A stretch of DNA of 64,000 nt from Polyangiaceae bacterium (GCA_044376115.1 JBILLK010000005.1:288001-352000); one strand, 5' to 3'. Shown: positions 47,001 to 56,774, numbered from the stretch's first letter. A program made the numbers and translations. Notes: a model not told the origin generated them from the letters alone.

Positions 47001-48330
47001 AGACTCGGGCAACGTTCCTTCCTTCTCCAATGACGCGGGCGCGGACGCGTATGAGCAAATCCGCTTCCTCGAGTCGGCGTACGAGAACCGCTACATCTTC
47101 GACAGCTTCCGTCGCAACCGCGTACAGTTCAATTCGTGGGATGTGACCGGTCGGGTGCAGGCACGCTACCTCGATAACCTGCAGATGATCTCGAAGGCGT
47201 TCTTCTTTGGCGCGGTGCTCGACGGTGATCCCGAGAACCCGACCGAGGAGTTCTTGGCGGACGGCGCGTATGGCCCGTTGGCCATCGGCAGCACCTTCGC
47301 CTTCGACCTCTTTACCCGCATGTTGACGCGGCCGGACCCTGGCTACTTCTGCCCGGCGGAGGTGTGTGGCGTGCAGCCGGCCTCTATGCCCGATACCGAG
47401 GTTTATGTCGCGGACCCGGCGCCGCTGCCCAACCTCTACTTGTATGACTTCTCGGTAGGGCTCGGGGACGGCCGTTACCTACACAATGATTACGACTATT
47501 CGCAGGGCTATTTCTGGGGCGACTACCAAACCCAGGTTGGCGCTTATTACGATAAAACGTGGGCGGTTTATTATCTCGGTGAGGCGTTCGACAGCTTTAT
47601 CTCCAACTCCAAGGAGGACTTCGTCGATTCGCGCTACAAGAACGTGAACTTCGCCACGGTTTATCCGGAGCAGATGCGGCGGCTGTTCGCGAGCCTGATG
47701 ACCGGGGACTACGAGAGCTACGCGCCCTGGGCGAGCCCCCCGGCCAACCCCGATGATACGCCGGTAATTACGCTCGAGTATCCGCGCTGGTACGAGCGCA
47801 CAGACGTGGGGACGCGCCCGGCCAACTCGCTGCTCGTGGACCCGAACTACGGCTGGAACACGCAGATCAACGCCATGGTCTGGGGCACCATGTTCTTCCC
47901 CACCAATTGGTCGTCGCAGTGGATTCACGATGCTCGCATCGCGATCCCCTCGGAAGAGTACGGCTGGCCGGAGTCACAGACCTTCCGCTTCACCGACCCT
48001 CGCACGGGCATCGTCTACAGTGCCCATCGTGATGGCACCGAGAGCGTACTCGGTAAGACGGTGCAGCGCGGTACCGGCGCTCGCATCCTCGAATGGGCGA
48101 ACTACCTACTGACGCTGGTGTACGAGGTCGACCGCGACGTGAACGGTGAGGTCATCCTCAACGCCGACGGCAGCCCAACGCTGGTGCTCGACGCAGACGG
48201 CGCGCCGATTCTCCTAGCCGATTCACTAGCGGCCGAAGTCGAGTACAGCCGTTATGTGGATACGATAGACCTCTATCGGCAGCTGACGCTCGAGTTCTCC
48301 CAGCCGCTGGAAGAGTTGCCGGAGCCCTAG
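44044..48330 (+). CDS. Large Zn-dependent metalloprotease lipoprotein (metzincin-like)
   Basis: VSAC lipobox; HEIGHSMGLRHNF zinc motif; SVMDY Met-turn; 1428 aa. Confidence 0.88.
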   Translation: MLRSFVLGALTLTMVSACAEERAPINRVQPNALPKSYFVGDLADRADDPEFYMRNTVVDVSAGAGSDGLFTSSDAQPVSRVRFEITEQLLIARLTYELVDNTDGKGARRTPDGQIVAAYTIQSHFDIQRDYLASTGENTNVIVENVTDLPWNERKFFRVDWSKNLITDAYNLDTLSQLGIYYGVQWDPVSYYVNDPADDDHPLFDLENGYFDVTHKALASPVVIEDPYWGNFPACWLIGDFPTTNCNPSEVTLRQAFLKVVDRDYEPLAIDGTMMDMFGYFTMDRFGYDRRYGVVDDQWRRFATRWNFYERSHAEPELQCNSEETTPAGADPHRDEDANGTEDECEAVGNGSRCDATVGLCTLPLRERTIKTIPWHVNADFPEDLYDGTVEALEAWNNAMRTAVLAGRLAECRRTGGTSCEQDLGWPARWSDDFTPPKGSESPAQVPDIFVLCHNPVDPEKGDAEVCGAPGTSPRLGDLRFNQMTIIDDVEFMSPWGIMMDAEDPLTGEKIAGSVNQWAYVLDRSASNLVDILALLNGEISADEFLSGENVSSWVEQNQKSGAASKQKALSKEELSSRLGAYQNETMAPYFENMPKGKPGLPPQGKHSLRYEALVESGRLGPGNTALAARLGQLRNTTVEATMATPEMVQAVGADPTAPPTPEVIQRASPFGRANPTIRRAERRAERHAVAERHSCRREAPEADYLIGMAQLAQSLFPSPDPEDKAAVLAHREEVYNWARRETSKGVMAHEIGHSMGLRHNFAATFDSLNYDKKYWQLRTQNGSVEQDCAEGEVDGADCIGPRYKDPITEQEVSNNISRYSTTSVMDYPGDQSQDMTIAGSYDRAALRFGYGGVVDVWAADGVSVDGSGAGQAKAYELTAFTTSPGLFGVMYFAPVDVTEPYIFRHYSSYQREFGVLGECSASDGTNAVLGEECNGAPMDVVDYRDMADFAIDPDYEDFSWALQPRAVAPDGRVRRGYMFSSDEYADSGNVPSFSNDAGADAYEQIRFLESAYENRYIFDSFRRNRVQFNSWDVTGRVQARYLDNLQMISKAFFFGAVLDGDPENPTEEFLADGAYGPLAIGSTFAFDLFTRMLTRPDPGYFCPAEVCGVQPASMPDTEVYVADPAPLPNLYLYDFSVGLGDGRYLHNDYDYSQGYFWGDYQTQVGAYYDKTWAVYYLGEAFDSFISNSKEDFVDSRYKNVNFATVYPEQMRRLFASLMTGDYESYAPWASPPANPDDTPVITLEYPRWYERTDVGTRPANSLLVDPNYGWNTQINAMVWGTMFFPTNWSSQWIHDARIAIPSEEYGWPESQTFRFTDPRTGIVYSAHRDGTESVLGKTVQRGTGARILEWANYLLTLVYEVDRDVNGEVILNADGSPTLVLDADGAPILLADSLAAEVEYSRYVDTIDLYRQLTLEFSQPLEELPEP

Positions 48331-48333
48331 TAC

Positions 48334-48527
48334 TGCCGGCCGCAAGTCCGTGCCTAGATCCGCTCCGGCCCCCGCGCGTGGCGCGGCAAGTGAAGGGCCG
48401 GAGCGGATCTAGGCACTCAGTCCAAGGCTGTGGCCGGCATACCCTCTCCGTTGTCGAGGGGGCGATTCTCGCCCCCTTGCGCTACGCGCACCCCCAGATG
48501 ATCCGGATACGAACTTCGGGCGGGGGT
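48334..48527. repeat. Nested palindromic intergenic element with a perfect 22-bp inverted repeat (REP/MITE-like or bidirectional terminator)
   Basis: GTGCCTAGATCCGCTCCGGCCC (48350-48371) / GGGCCGGAGCGGATCTAGGCAC (48395-48416); further hairpins at 48457-48477 and 48478-48490. Confidence 0.8.
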
Positions 48528-48528
48528 A

Positions 48529-49203
48529 CTAGTCAGCAATCTCGTCCGGCAAGAAGCGGACGTTTTGCTCGAGTGGATCCCGGGTGGTGTGGCAGCGGTT
48601 CGCCGCTGCCGCGGTATCCTCATACCCGAGGCCAATACCAAAGAGCAGATTGAGTTCGGCCGGTATATCGAAGTATTTGCGCGCAATATCTGGGAAAACG
48701 CCGAGGCTGGCTTGGGCGCAGGTGGCTACGCCTTCCGCGGTGGCAAGCAGCAAGACCGTGGAGAGCCAGCAGCCGATGTCCAACGTACCGTAGGGGCCAA
48801 AGCGCTTGTCGAGCGCGACCAGCGCTACGTGCGGCGCATCGAACGCCGCAAAGTTACGCATCCAGGCGGCCTGCCGTGCTGGGCCGTCATTACGTTCTAC
48901 GCCCATCGCCTCGTAAAGCGCTTTGCCGCAGGCCCTGCGGTGCGTGCCGTAAGGCTCCGGGTACTCGGCGGGGAAGGGGACGTCGGTCTCCGGGCCGCGT
49001 GACATCGCCGCCGTCGTCAGCTCGGCGATGTACTGATCGCGCCGCTTGCCGGAGGCGATGAAGACGCGCCACGGTTGAATGTTGCACCAGGAGGGCGCGC
49101 GCTGCGCCCGCTCGAAGATGCCGCGCAAGGTTTGCTCCGGCACCGGCTTATCGAGAAAGGCGCGTACGCTCTTACGTTGCAATACAGCTTCAGCGGTATC
49201 CAT
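48529..49203 (-). CDS. Nitroreductase family protein
   Basis: RKSVRAF, APSWCNIQPW, FDAP, GVATCAQ, GIGLGY. Confidence 0.92.
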   Translation of the reverse strand: MDTAEAVLQRKSVRAFLDKPVPEQTLRGIFERAQRAPSWCNIQPWRVFIASGKRRDQYIAELTTAAMSRGPETDVPFPAEYPEPYGTHRRACGKALYEAMGVERNDGPARQAAWMRNFAAFDAPHVALVALDKRFGPYGTLDIGCWLSTVLLLATAEGVATCAQASLGVFPDIARKYFDIPAELNLLFGIGLGYEDTAAAANRCHTTRDPLEQNVRFLPDEIAD

Positions 49204-49223
49204 GGTCCCTCCGCAGTGCTTCG

Positions 49224-49856
49224 CTATTTGGTGCCGAACAGACGGTCCCCAGCGTCGCCCAGGCCGGGGACGATGTAGCCGTGGTCATTGAGCCGCTCGT
49301 CGATGGCGGCGGTGACGATCGGCACGTCGGGGTGGGCGGCGTGGAAGGTCTTGATGCCCTCGGGGCAAGTCAGCAGGCACAGCAGCTTGATCGAGGCTGG
49401 GTTGGCTTGCTTGATGCGCGTCACTGCGGCGACGGCCGAATTGCCGGTGGCCAGCATGGGATCGCAAACGAGGACGCTGCGGTCTTCGAGCTGTTGCGGC
49501 ACCTTGAAGAAGTACTCGACCGGCTCGAGCGTCTTGGGATCACGGTACATACCGACGTGGCCAACGCGAGCAGAAGGCATGAGGGCGAGCATGCCGTCGA
49601 GGATGCCGAGGCCGGCGCGCAGGATGGCGATCAGCACGACCTTCTTGCCGTCGATCGCGTAGCCCTTCATCTCGGAGATGGGCGTCTCGATGATCTCCTC
49701 GCGCAGCTTCATGTCGCGCGTGGCTTCGTACGCGAGCAGCATCGATATTTCGGAGAGCAGCGCGCGGAAGCTGGCCGTGCTGGTGTCCTTCCGACGCATC
49801 AGCGTCAACTTGTGAAGTACGAGGGGGTGATCGACGACGTTGACGGAGGGCACCAT
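49224..49856 (-). CDS. upp: Uracil phosphoribosyltransferase
   Basis: [23 protein letters not shown] (PRPP loop), [17 protein letters not shown]. Confidence 0.97.
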   Translation of the reverse strand: MVPSVNVVDHPLVLHKLTLMRRKDTSTASFRALLSEISMLLAYEATRDMKLREEIIETPISEMKGYAIDGKKVVLIAILRAGLGILDGMLALMPSARVGHVGMYRDPKTLEPVEYFFKVPQQLEDRSVLVCDPMLATGNSAVAAVTRIKQANPASIKLLCLLTCPEGIKTFHAAHPDVPIVTAAIDERLNDHGYIVPGLGDAGDRLFGTK

Positions 49857-50015
49857 AGGCCCTCCTTACTCAAAAGCCGGCGCCGTCGCCATCGATCATC
49901 CACGGCGGAGCTCCGCTCGGCCGCAACTCGTGCGTGAGCCTGCGTCTCAGCGCTCACGTGCATGGCGTGATGAACGCCCCTTTTCGCAGGGAACGCGCCG
50001 TGCGAACGCTTGGCT

Positions 50016-51299
50016 ATGTCGCAAGCTGCATTGCCCCGTCGCGTTGGTGTGCTCTTTTCTGGTGGTCCTGCGCCCGGCGCCAACGCCGTGATCGCCGCCG
50101 CCGTTTCCACGCTTCGTCGTTCAGGCGTTGACGTGATCGGTTTCTCGAATGGCTATTCGGGGTTGATCGAGTTCGACGCGAACAAGCGGCCGCTGGTCGA
50201 GGGGCAGGACTATCGGCGCTTCGTCGACAAGGACCTGCAGGGCCTGCGCAACGAACGCGGGATCATCATCGGTACGGCGCGCGCAAATCCCGGCAAGAAG
50301 ATCCGTGGAGCTGGCGACTTTACCGATGCCGAGCGCACGGCGCCGCTGCGTCGCGTGGTGGCCGGGCTGCGTTCGCTCGAGGTGGATGCGCTGATCTCGA
50401 TCGGCGGCGATGACACGCTCAAGACCGCCAACTTCCTTTACGAGTACCAACGCACGTTGAGCGAGCCGCCGGTGCGCGTGGTCCACGTGCCGAAGACGAT
50501 CGACAACGACTACCGCGGGATCGACTTCACGTTCGGCTTCTTCACTGCGGTGGACGTGATGGCCAAGGAGCTCTTGAACCTGCGCGCCGACGCGCAGGCC
50601 ACGCGCAGCTACTTCATCGTCGAGACGATGGGTCGCAAGGCTGGCTGGCTCGCCTACGGCGTCGCCATCGCTGGTGAAGCGCACTTGGTGGTCGGCGTTG
50701 AAGACGTGGTTGGTGAGCTGGCGGTCGACGAGACGATCGAAGAAGACGGTCAGACGCGGGTGGAGAAGCGGCTCAACATGGAGGCGCTCGCCGATCGCAT
50801 CGTCGATTTGGTGGTGGCTCGCGAGGAGCGCTCCAAGCGCTACGGTACCGTCGTGCTGGCCGAGGGGCTGGCTGAGTTGTTGCCCGCCTCGTATTTGCGC
50901 GGCATCGCTCGGGATGAGCACGGCCACGTTTCTCTGGGGAAGATCGACATCGGCAAGTTGGTTGCTAAAGTCGTGGAGGCCCGTTTCCAAGAACGCACGG
51001 GTCGGCCGGTGAAGATGACCGGCGTGCAACTCGGCTACGAGTCGCGTTGCGCGGCGCCGCACGCGTTCGACGTGATGCTCGGGACCCAGCTCGGCGTGGG
51101 AGCTGCCCGCGCACTCAGTGAGAAGGGGCTCGATGGCCATATGGTGAGCGTGGCCGGTCAACTCGAACTGCGCTACGTACCCTTCGCAGAGCTGGTTGAT
51201 CCCAAGACTCTCAAGACCGACGTTCGCTTCATCGAACAGGGCTCGGACTTTCAACGTCTAGCCCAAACGCTCGAGACCCAAGTAAGGCGCCGTAGCTGA
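50016..51299 (+). CDS. pfkA: 6-phosphofructokinase, PPi-dependent signature
   Basis: SGGPAPG, GTAR, GGDDT, PKTIDND, MGR, GYESR. Confidence 0.88.
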   Translation: MSQAALPRRVGVLFSGGPAPGANAVIAAAVSTLRRSGVDVIGFSNGYSGLIEFDANKRPLVEGQDYRRFVDKDLQGLRNERGIIIGTARANPGKKIRGAGDFTDAERTAPLRRVVAGLRSLEVDALISIGGDDTLKTANFLYEYQRTLSEPPVRVVHVPKTIDNDYRGIDFTFGFFTAVDVMAKELLNLRADAQATRSYFIVETMGRKAGWLAYGVAIAGEAHLVVGVEDVVGELAVDETIEEDGQTRVEKRLNMEALADRIVDLVVAREERSKRYGTVVLAEGLAELLPASYLRGIARDEHGHVSLGKIDIGKLVAKVVEARFQERTGRPVKMTGVQLGYESRCAAPHAFDVMLGTQLGVGAARALSEKGLDGHMVSVAGQLELRYVPFAELVDPKTLKTDVRFIEQGSDFQRLAQTLETQVRRRS

Positions 51300-51333
51300 A
51301 ACCACGGTTGAGGTGGCGCGTAGGATCCCCTTG

Positions 51334-52509
51334 ATGTTCAAGCCTAGCCGTCCCAAACCGTTGGTTCTCGCGCTGCTCGCGACGTTCTTCAGCTGCTTGC
51401 TCGTGCTGGCAGGCTGCGCCAAAAAGCCTGGTGCCGGTGAGCAAGGTCTCGCTGGTTCTTCACCGGACTCTCTCGCAAAGGAAAGTTCTCCCATGTCCAA
51501 CCGCGTGTTCACCAAGCCCTCGGATGCCGAACTCAAGAAGCGCCTTACCGCGTTGGAATACGCTGTCACGCAGCACGACAAGACCGAGCCGCCCTTCGAG
51601 AACCGGTTCTGGGACAACCACGAGGAAGGCTTGTACGTGGACATCGTCACGGGCGAGCCGCTGTTCTCCTCGCGTGACAAGTTCGACTCGGGGACGGGCT
51701 GGCCCAGCTTTACCCGGCCGGTCGAGTCCGCGCGCGTCGTAGACAAGGTGGACGTTTCGTACGGCATGCGTCGCGTGGAGGTCCGCTCCAAGAGCGGCGA
51801 TGCGCACCTTGGCCACGTGTTCGAGGATGGGCCGGCGCCCACCGGCCTGCGCTACTGCATCAACTCAGCGTCGCTGCGCTTCATCCCGGTGGCCGATCTC
51901 GAACGAGAGGGCTACCCCGAGTACGTAGCGCTGTTCAAAGCTCCGGGGGCTGCTGTGCCCGCCTCGTCGAACAATGCCTGCGCGGTGCCGGATCCGGGCG
52001 CTGCTCCCGGTTGCAAGAGCGCCTACGAGGTCGCGACGCTTGCGGGAGGCTGTTTTTGGGGGATGGAGGACATCATCCGCAAGATCCCCGGCGTCGTAGA
52101 TACCGAGGTGGGCTACACCGGCGGAACCACGCCCAACCCCACCTACGAGCAGATGAAGACTGGGCGCACCGGCCACGCCGAGTCGATTCGCGTCGTGTTC
52201 GACCCGGCCGTGCTCAGCTACGAGACGCTGCTCGAGAAGTGGTTCTTCAAGATGCACGACCCGACGACCGAGAACCGCCAGGGGAACGACCGCGGTTCCC
52301 AGTATCGTTCGGCGATCTTCTTCAATTCGCCGGAGCAGCAGAAGATCGCCATGGCCGTCAAGGACCGAGTTGATAAGTCCGGCAAGTGGGAGAACCCGAT
52401 CGTCACCGAGATCGTCGCTGCAGGCCCCTTCACGGTCGCTGAGGGCTACCACCAGGACTACTTGGAGGCCCATCCGGGCGGGTACACCTGCCATTTCATG
52501 CGTGACTAA
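51334..52509 (+). CDS. msrAB: Lipoprotein MsrB-MsrA fusion (methionine sulfoxide reductase)
   Basis: LAGC lipobox; MsrB GWPSF, HLGHVF, RYCINS; MsrA GCFWG, GHAE, YHQDY. Confidence 0.93.
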   Translation: MFKPSRPKPLVLALLATFFSCLLVLAGCAKKPGAGEQGLAGSSPDSLAKESSPMSNRVFTKPSDAELKKRLTALEYAVTQHDKTEPPFENRFWDNHEEGLYVDIVTGEPLFSSRDKFDSGTGWPSFTRPVESARVVDKVDVSYGMRRVEVRSKSGDAHLGHVFEDGPAPTGLRYCINSASLRFIPVADLEREGYPEYVALFKAPGAAVPASSNNACAVPDPGAAPGCKSAYEVATLAGGCFWGMEDIIRKIPGVVDTEVGYTGGTTPNPTYEQMKTGRTGHAESIRVVFDPAVLSYETLLEKWFFKMHDPTTENRQGNDRGSQYRSAIFFNSPEQQKIAMAVKDRVDKSGKWENPIVTEIVAAGPFTVAEGYHQDYLEAHPGGYTCHFMRD

Positions 52510-52526
52510 CGCCCTCGCAGGGGTCG

Positions 52527-52563
52527 GAGGAGCGGGTCGAAAGTCCCGCTCTTCGCTGTTTTG
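52527..52563 (+). terminator. Probable intrinsic terminator after msrAB
   Basis: gagcggg-tcgaaagt-cccgctc stem followed by ttcgctgttttg. Confidence 0.55.
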
Positions 52564-52605
52564 TGGGCTTCCTCGGCTCATCCCCAGCCAACGTCGCCGT
52601 TGTTG

Positions 52606-52633
52606 TTGACGCCATGGCAGAGGTGATTAGGTT
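52606..52633 (+). promoter_or_regulatory. Candidate sigma70-type promoter for dnaK
   Basis: TTGACG-N16-TAGGTT, about 180 bp upstream of the dnaK ATG. Confidence 0.4.
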
Positions 52634-52809
52634 CGGCCCCGCAGCACTCAACCCGCCCCAATAAGGTCGGTTGGGCCGCCGGTCTGAGCCGGCACAAATT
52701 CACCTCGACACCGGCAGTACCGTGGGACGCAGGGCTTGTTCGCCCCGCCCCGTAGTGGTGCCACAGTTTTTCTTTCGCCCTTTTGGGCAGCGCAGGAGTG
52801 AGAGACGCC

Positions 52810-54720
52810 ATGGGCAAGATCATCGGGATCGACCTAGGAACAACCAACAGCGTTGTCGCCATCATGGAGGGCAAAGAGCCCAAGGTCATCGTCAACGAGG
52901 AAGGCGCGCGCATTACGCCGTCGGTCGTTGCTTGGGATGACAAGGGAGAGGTGCTCGTTGGGCAGATTGCCAAACGCCAGGCCGTAACCAACCCGACCAA
53001 CACGGTCTACTCGTCGAAGCGGTTCGTCGGTCGGCGTTTTGACGAGGTGCAACAAGAGGCCTCGCGGGTGCCCTACAAGGTCGTGAAGGGCCCCAACGGG
53101 GACGCGCACATCGAGGTGCGTGGCAAGTCGATGGCACCGCCCGAGGTCGCGGCGAAGGTGCTCCTGAAGTTGAAGAAGGCCGCTGAGGACTATCTCGGTG
53201 AAAAGGTCACCGAGGCCGTGATCACGGTCCCCGCATACTTCAACGACGCTCAGCGCCAAGCGACCAAAGACGCAGGTCGTATCGCCGGTCTCGACGTAAA
53301 GCGCATCGTCAATGAGCCCACCGCTGCGGCTCTCGCTTACGGCCTCGACAAGAAGACGGAAGAAGTTATCGCCGTCTACGACTTCGGTGGCGGCACGTTC
53401 GACATCTCGATCCTCGAGGTCGGTGACAACGTCGTGCAGGTCATCAGCACCAACGGCGACACGCACCTCGGCGGTGATGACGTCGACCACGTGGTGATGG
53501 AGTGGTTGCTGGCCGAGTTCAAGAAGGACTCTGGGATGGACGTGTCGAAGGACAAGATGGTCATCCAGCGCCTCAAGGACGCCGCTGAGCAGGCGAAGAT
53601 CGAGCTCTCCAACGTGCCGGAGACGCAGATCAACCTGCCCTTCCTCACGGCTGACGCAACCGGGCCGAAGCACCTTCAGAAGTCGCTCTCGCGCGCCAAG
53701 CTCGAGCAGATGATTCGCCCCTTGATCGACCGCACGATGGAGCCCGTTCGCAAGGCCCTCGCCGACGCGAAGAAGAGCCCCGAGCAGATCCACGAGGTCG
53801 TGCTCGTCGGCGGTTCCACCCGCATCCCGCTCGTGCAGGAGACGGTCAAGAAGTTCTTCGGCAAAGAGCCGCACAAGGGCGTCAACCCGGATGAGGTCGT
53901 GGCCATCGGTGCAGCCGTTCAAGCCGGCGTGCTCTCAGGTGACGTGAAGGATCTCGTCCTCTTGGACGTGACTCCGCTCTCGCTCGGTGTCGAGACGTTG
54001 GGCGGCGTGATGACGGTGATGATTCAACGCAACACCACCATCCCCACGCAGAAGAAGGAGACCTTCAGCACCGCGAGCGACAACCAGCCGAGCGTCGAGA
54101 TTCACGTCCTTCAGGGCGAGCGCACGGAGTCCCGTTACAACCGCACGCTTGGTCGCTTCCACCTCGAGGGCATCATGCCGGCACCGCGTGGCACGCCCAA
54201 GGTGGAGGTCACCTTCGACATCGACGCCAACGGCATCCTCAGCGTTCACGCCAAGGACACCGCCACCGGCAAAGATCAGAAGATCACCATCACCGCCAAC
54301 TCGGGTCTCAAGGAAGAAGAGATCCAGAAGATGGTGCGCGACGCTCAGGAGAACGAGGCTGAAGACAAGGCCAAGCGCGAGCAGGTCGAGCGTCGCAACA
54401 AGCTCGACAGCATGATTTACACGGTGGACAAGGCCTTGACCGACAACAAGGACAAGGTCCCGGAAGCCGACGCGAAGACGCTGCGTGATCTCATCGACGA
54501 GGGCAAGAAGGCCGTTGAGTCGCAGGACGACGCTGCCGTGACCGCCTCGCTCGAGAAGCTCGAGAAAGAGGCCCATCGCCTGGCCGGTGCCATGTACGGC
54601 AACGGAGCGCCTCCGGGCGGTCCGGGCGCTCCGGGTGGGGACGCTGGCGGCGCTGAGCCTCCGCCCCCCGCCAAGGGCAAAGACGGCGTGATCGACGCCG
54701 AATTCGAAGAAGCCAACTGA
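52810..54720 (+). CDS. dnaK: Molecular chaperone DnaK (Hsp70)
   Basis: [41 protein letters not shown]-terminal VIDAEFEE. Confidence 0.98.
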   Translation: MGKIIGIDLGTTNSVVAIMEGKEPKVIVNEEGARITPSVVAWDDKGEVLVGQIAKRQAVTNPTNTVYSSKRFVGRRFDEVQQEASRVPYKVVKGPNGDAHIEVRGKSMAPPEVAAKVLLKLKKAAEDYLGEKVTEAVITVPAYFNDAQRQATKDAGRIAGLDVKRIVNEPTAAALAYGLDKKTEEVIAVYDFGGGTFDISILEVGDNVVQVISTNGDTHLGGDDVDHVVMEWLLAEFKKDSGMDVSKDKMVIQRLKDAAEQAKIELSNVPETQINLPFLTADATGPKHLQKSLSRAKLEQMIRPLIDRTMEPVRKALADAKKSPEQIHEVVLVGGSTRIPLVQETVKKFFGKEPHKGVNPDEVVAIGAAVQAGVLSGDVKDLVLLDVTPLSLGVETLGGVMTVMIQRNTTIPTQKKETFSTASDNQPSVEIHVLQGERTESRYNRTLGRFHLEGIMPAPRGTPKVEVTFDIDANGILSVHAKDTATGKDQKITITANSGLKEEEIQKMVRDAQENEAEDKAKREQVERRNKLDSMIYTVDKALTDNKDKVPEADAKTLRDLIDEGKKAVESQDDAAVTASLEKLEKEAHRLAGAMYGNGAPPGGPGAPGGDAGGAEPPPPAKGKDGVIDAEFEEAN

Positions 54721-54724
54721 GCTG

Positions 54725-54812
54725 GAACTCCACTGCTTCCGCACGGGAAGGCAGACGGAGTTCGCAACGAAAGCTAACCTGACCCGCGGCCCTGTAAGGT
54801 TCCGCGGGTCAG
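54725..54812. terminator. Two tandem hairpins downstream of dnaK
   Basis: GAACTCC...GGAGTTC (54725-54763) and CTGACCCGCGG...CCGCGGGTCAG (54779-54812); no clear U-tract. Confidence 0.5.
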
Positions 54813-54844
54813 TGCGTTTCTAAGGAAACGTTCGAGGAGGGTGT

Positions 54845-55738
54845 ATGAGGCTGAAGTCGAAGATCCTGGGTGTTCTCTTGGCAGCGCTGGCTCTTGCGGG
54901 CTGTGGGGCGTCCTCGCCATCAGCTGACGTCTCGTACTCTCAGCCAAACTACCCTGCGAGTGAAAGCGGTCCGGGCAATGCCAAGTCGACGCTTGGGCAA
55001 GCACCAGCGGCCGCGCCACCGGCTGCTGACGGAGCTGGGGCAATCGCCGGCGAGATGCCGATGCAATCCCAGCCTGATCCGGGCCGGCCGGGCTTAGGCA
55101 CCGAGTGGGGGGAGACCCGCAAGTCGAGCATCTCCACCTCGCCGTTCGTGCGTGCGGATGCTCGATCGCCTTTCTCCACCGCGGCGATGTTCTACAACGA
55201 TGAGGACGGCGCTCGGCAAATGGCCTCGATGTCAGGCTTCAAGCGTTTCTCTGAAGGCTCGATCGACGTCGGAGGGGGAATCGCCACGGCGCGTCTCAAA
55301 GACGGCTCCGGGCGCTTCATGAGCGGCTTCGACGCGGGTGGGAAGAAGTTCATGGTTGGTCAAGCGGGTGACCGCTACAGCATCGTGATTCAGAGCAATG
55401 TGCCCGCTCGGCTCGAGGTCGTGGTTTCGGTCGATGGCCTCGACGTGCTCGACGGCCAAGAGGCGAGCTTCACCAAGCGTGGCTACATCATCGCGCCGAA
55501 CAGCTCGATCGAGATCGATGGCTTCCGCCAGAGCACCGAGACAGTCGCCGCCTTCCGTTTCGGCTCGGTGAAGGACTCCTACGCCGAGAAGAAGCACGGT
55601 GCAGCGCGAAACGTCGGCGTAATCGGTGTGGCGTTGTTCAACGAGCAGGGCACCAACCCTTCGAGCTGGCCGCTCGGTGACGCTTCGCAGCGTCTCAACG
55701 CGGATCCGTTCCCCGGCCGCTTCGCGACCCCGCCGTGA
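54845..55738 (+). CDS. Conserved hypothetical lipoprotein
   Basis: GAGGAGG SD, LAGC lipobox; EVVVSVDGLDVLDG, IDGFR, AAFRF, NVGVIGVALF. Confidence 0.85.
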   Translation: MRLKSKILGVLLAALALAGCGASSPSADVSYSQPNYPASESGPGNAKSTLGQAPAAAPPAADGAGAIAGEMPMQSQPDPGRPGLGTEWGETRKSSISTSPFVRADARSPFSTAAMFYNDEDGARQMASMSGFKRFSEGSIDVGGGIATARLKDGSGRFMSGFDAGGKKFMVGQAGDRYSIVIQSNVPARLEVVVSVDGLDVLDGQEASFTKRGYIIAPNSSIEIDGFRQSTETVAAFRFGSVKDSYAEKKHGAARNVGVIGVALFNEQGTNPSSWPLGDASQRLNADPFPGRFATPP

Positions 55739-55763
55739 GCTACGTGCGCGTGAGCTCCAGAGC

Positions 55764-56774
55764 TCAGGGCACGCAGCTGAAACCGCCGGGCAGGTTGACG
55801 CACTCCTCCCCACTGGCACACGGCGCCTCGATGCATTCATCGATATCGAGGCACTGGGTGCCGTTGCCAATGAAGCCTGCGTCGCAACTGCACGTGAAGC
55901 CGGGGGTAGTGTTGATGCAGGAGGCGTGGAGGGCGCAGTTGTCGAGCCCCTCCGCACACTCATCGATATCGCTGCAGCCTGATCCGGAAGGCAGGCCGTC
56001 TCCCGTGAAGCCAGGCAAACACTGGCAGTCGAAGGCGCCCACTTCATTGCTGCAGATCGCATTGGGGCTGCAAGGCGCGCCGGATGCACATTCATTGACG
56101 TCGATGCAGTTGACGCCGTTTCCGGTGAAACCCGCGATACATACGCAACTGAAGCTCCCTGGATTGTCGACGCAGTTTGCGTGAACGCTGCAGTTTGCGG
56201 CGCCCGACTGGCACTCATCAACGTTGGTGCAGGTTTGCCCATCGCCCTCGTAACCAGCGGCGCACTCGCAGGCGAACGTCCCCTCGAGATTCGTACAGAC
56301 GGTGTTGGGCTCGCACGGGTCGTTCAGGCATTCGTCCACGTCTGCGCACTCAAGGCCGCTGCCGGTGAAGCCCTCGGAGCACGTGCACGCGTAGTATCCG
56401 TCGGTATTGCTACATTCCGCGGTGTCGGCGCAGGCGTCCAGATCGAGCGCACATTCATCGACGTCCACGCAGCTCTCGCCGTCCCCAGCGTAGCCGCCAA
56501 CACAAACACACACGGCGGAGCCGTCGACATCGGCGCAAGCAGCGTGCTCCCCGCATTGAAGCTCGGTCTCTTCGCAAGGCGAGGGCTCGGAGATGGGAAG
56601 CCGCAGGGTGACGAGGGGGATGCGTTCAGAGGATTCACCGCCACCCCCCACCGCGAACTCAGGTCCACCGCCACCGCCTTCGTTGGGCGACTCACTGCTG
56701 CTCTGATCGATGAGCTCACCCGCACAAGCGCTCGCAAAGAGGACCAAGAGTGAAACTGAGCTGCGACCAAGCAT
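55764..56774 (-). CDS. Lipoprotein made of tandem calcium-binding EGF-like domains
   Basis: ASAC lipobox; six complete and one truncated EGF-like modules, six of the seven opening with a [D/N][V/I][D/N]EC Ca-binding motif. Confidence 0.92.
   Translation of the reverse strand: MLGRSSVSLLVLFASACAGELIDQSSSESPNEGGGGGPEFAVGGGGESSERIPLVTLRLPISEPSPCEETELQCGEHAACADVDGSAVCVCVGGYAGDGESCVDVDECALDLDACADTAECSNTDGYYACTCSEGFTGSGLECADVDECLNDPCEPNTVCTNLEGTFACECAAGYEGDGQTCTNVDECQSGAANCSVHANCVDNPGSFSCVCIAGFTGNGVNCIDVNECASGAPCSPNAICSNEVGAFDCQCLPGFTGDGLPSGSGCSDIDECAEGLDNCALHASCINTTPGFTCSCDAGFIGNGTQCLDIDECIEAPCASGEECVNLPGGFSCVP

Noticed and set aside
52641..52670. Complete CIRCE operator upstream of dnaK
   Set aside because: Only AGCACTC is present; no GAGTGC half-site at the 9-nt spacing.
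52834..54744. Long antisense ORFs over dnaK (also over pfk, HTTM and the di-heme gene)
   Set aside because: Shadow ORFs expected from high GC3 codon bias; no recognisable motifs.
3216..56774. Functional link between the HTTM (carboxylase-related) protein and the EGF protein, by analogy to Gla-EGF clotting factors
   Set aside because: Over 50 kb apart, no Gla-like domain in the EGF protein, and no sequence evidence of linkage.
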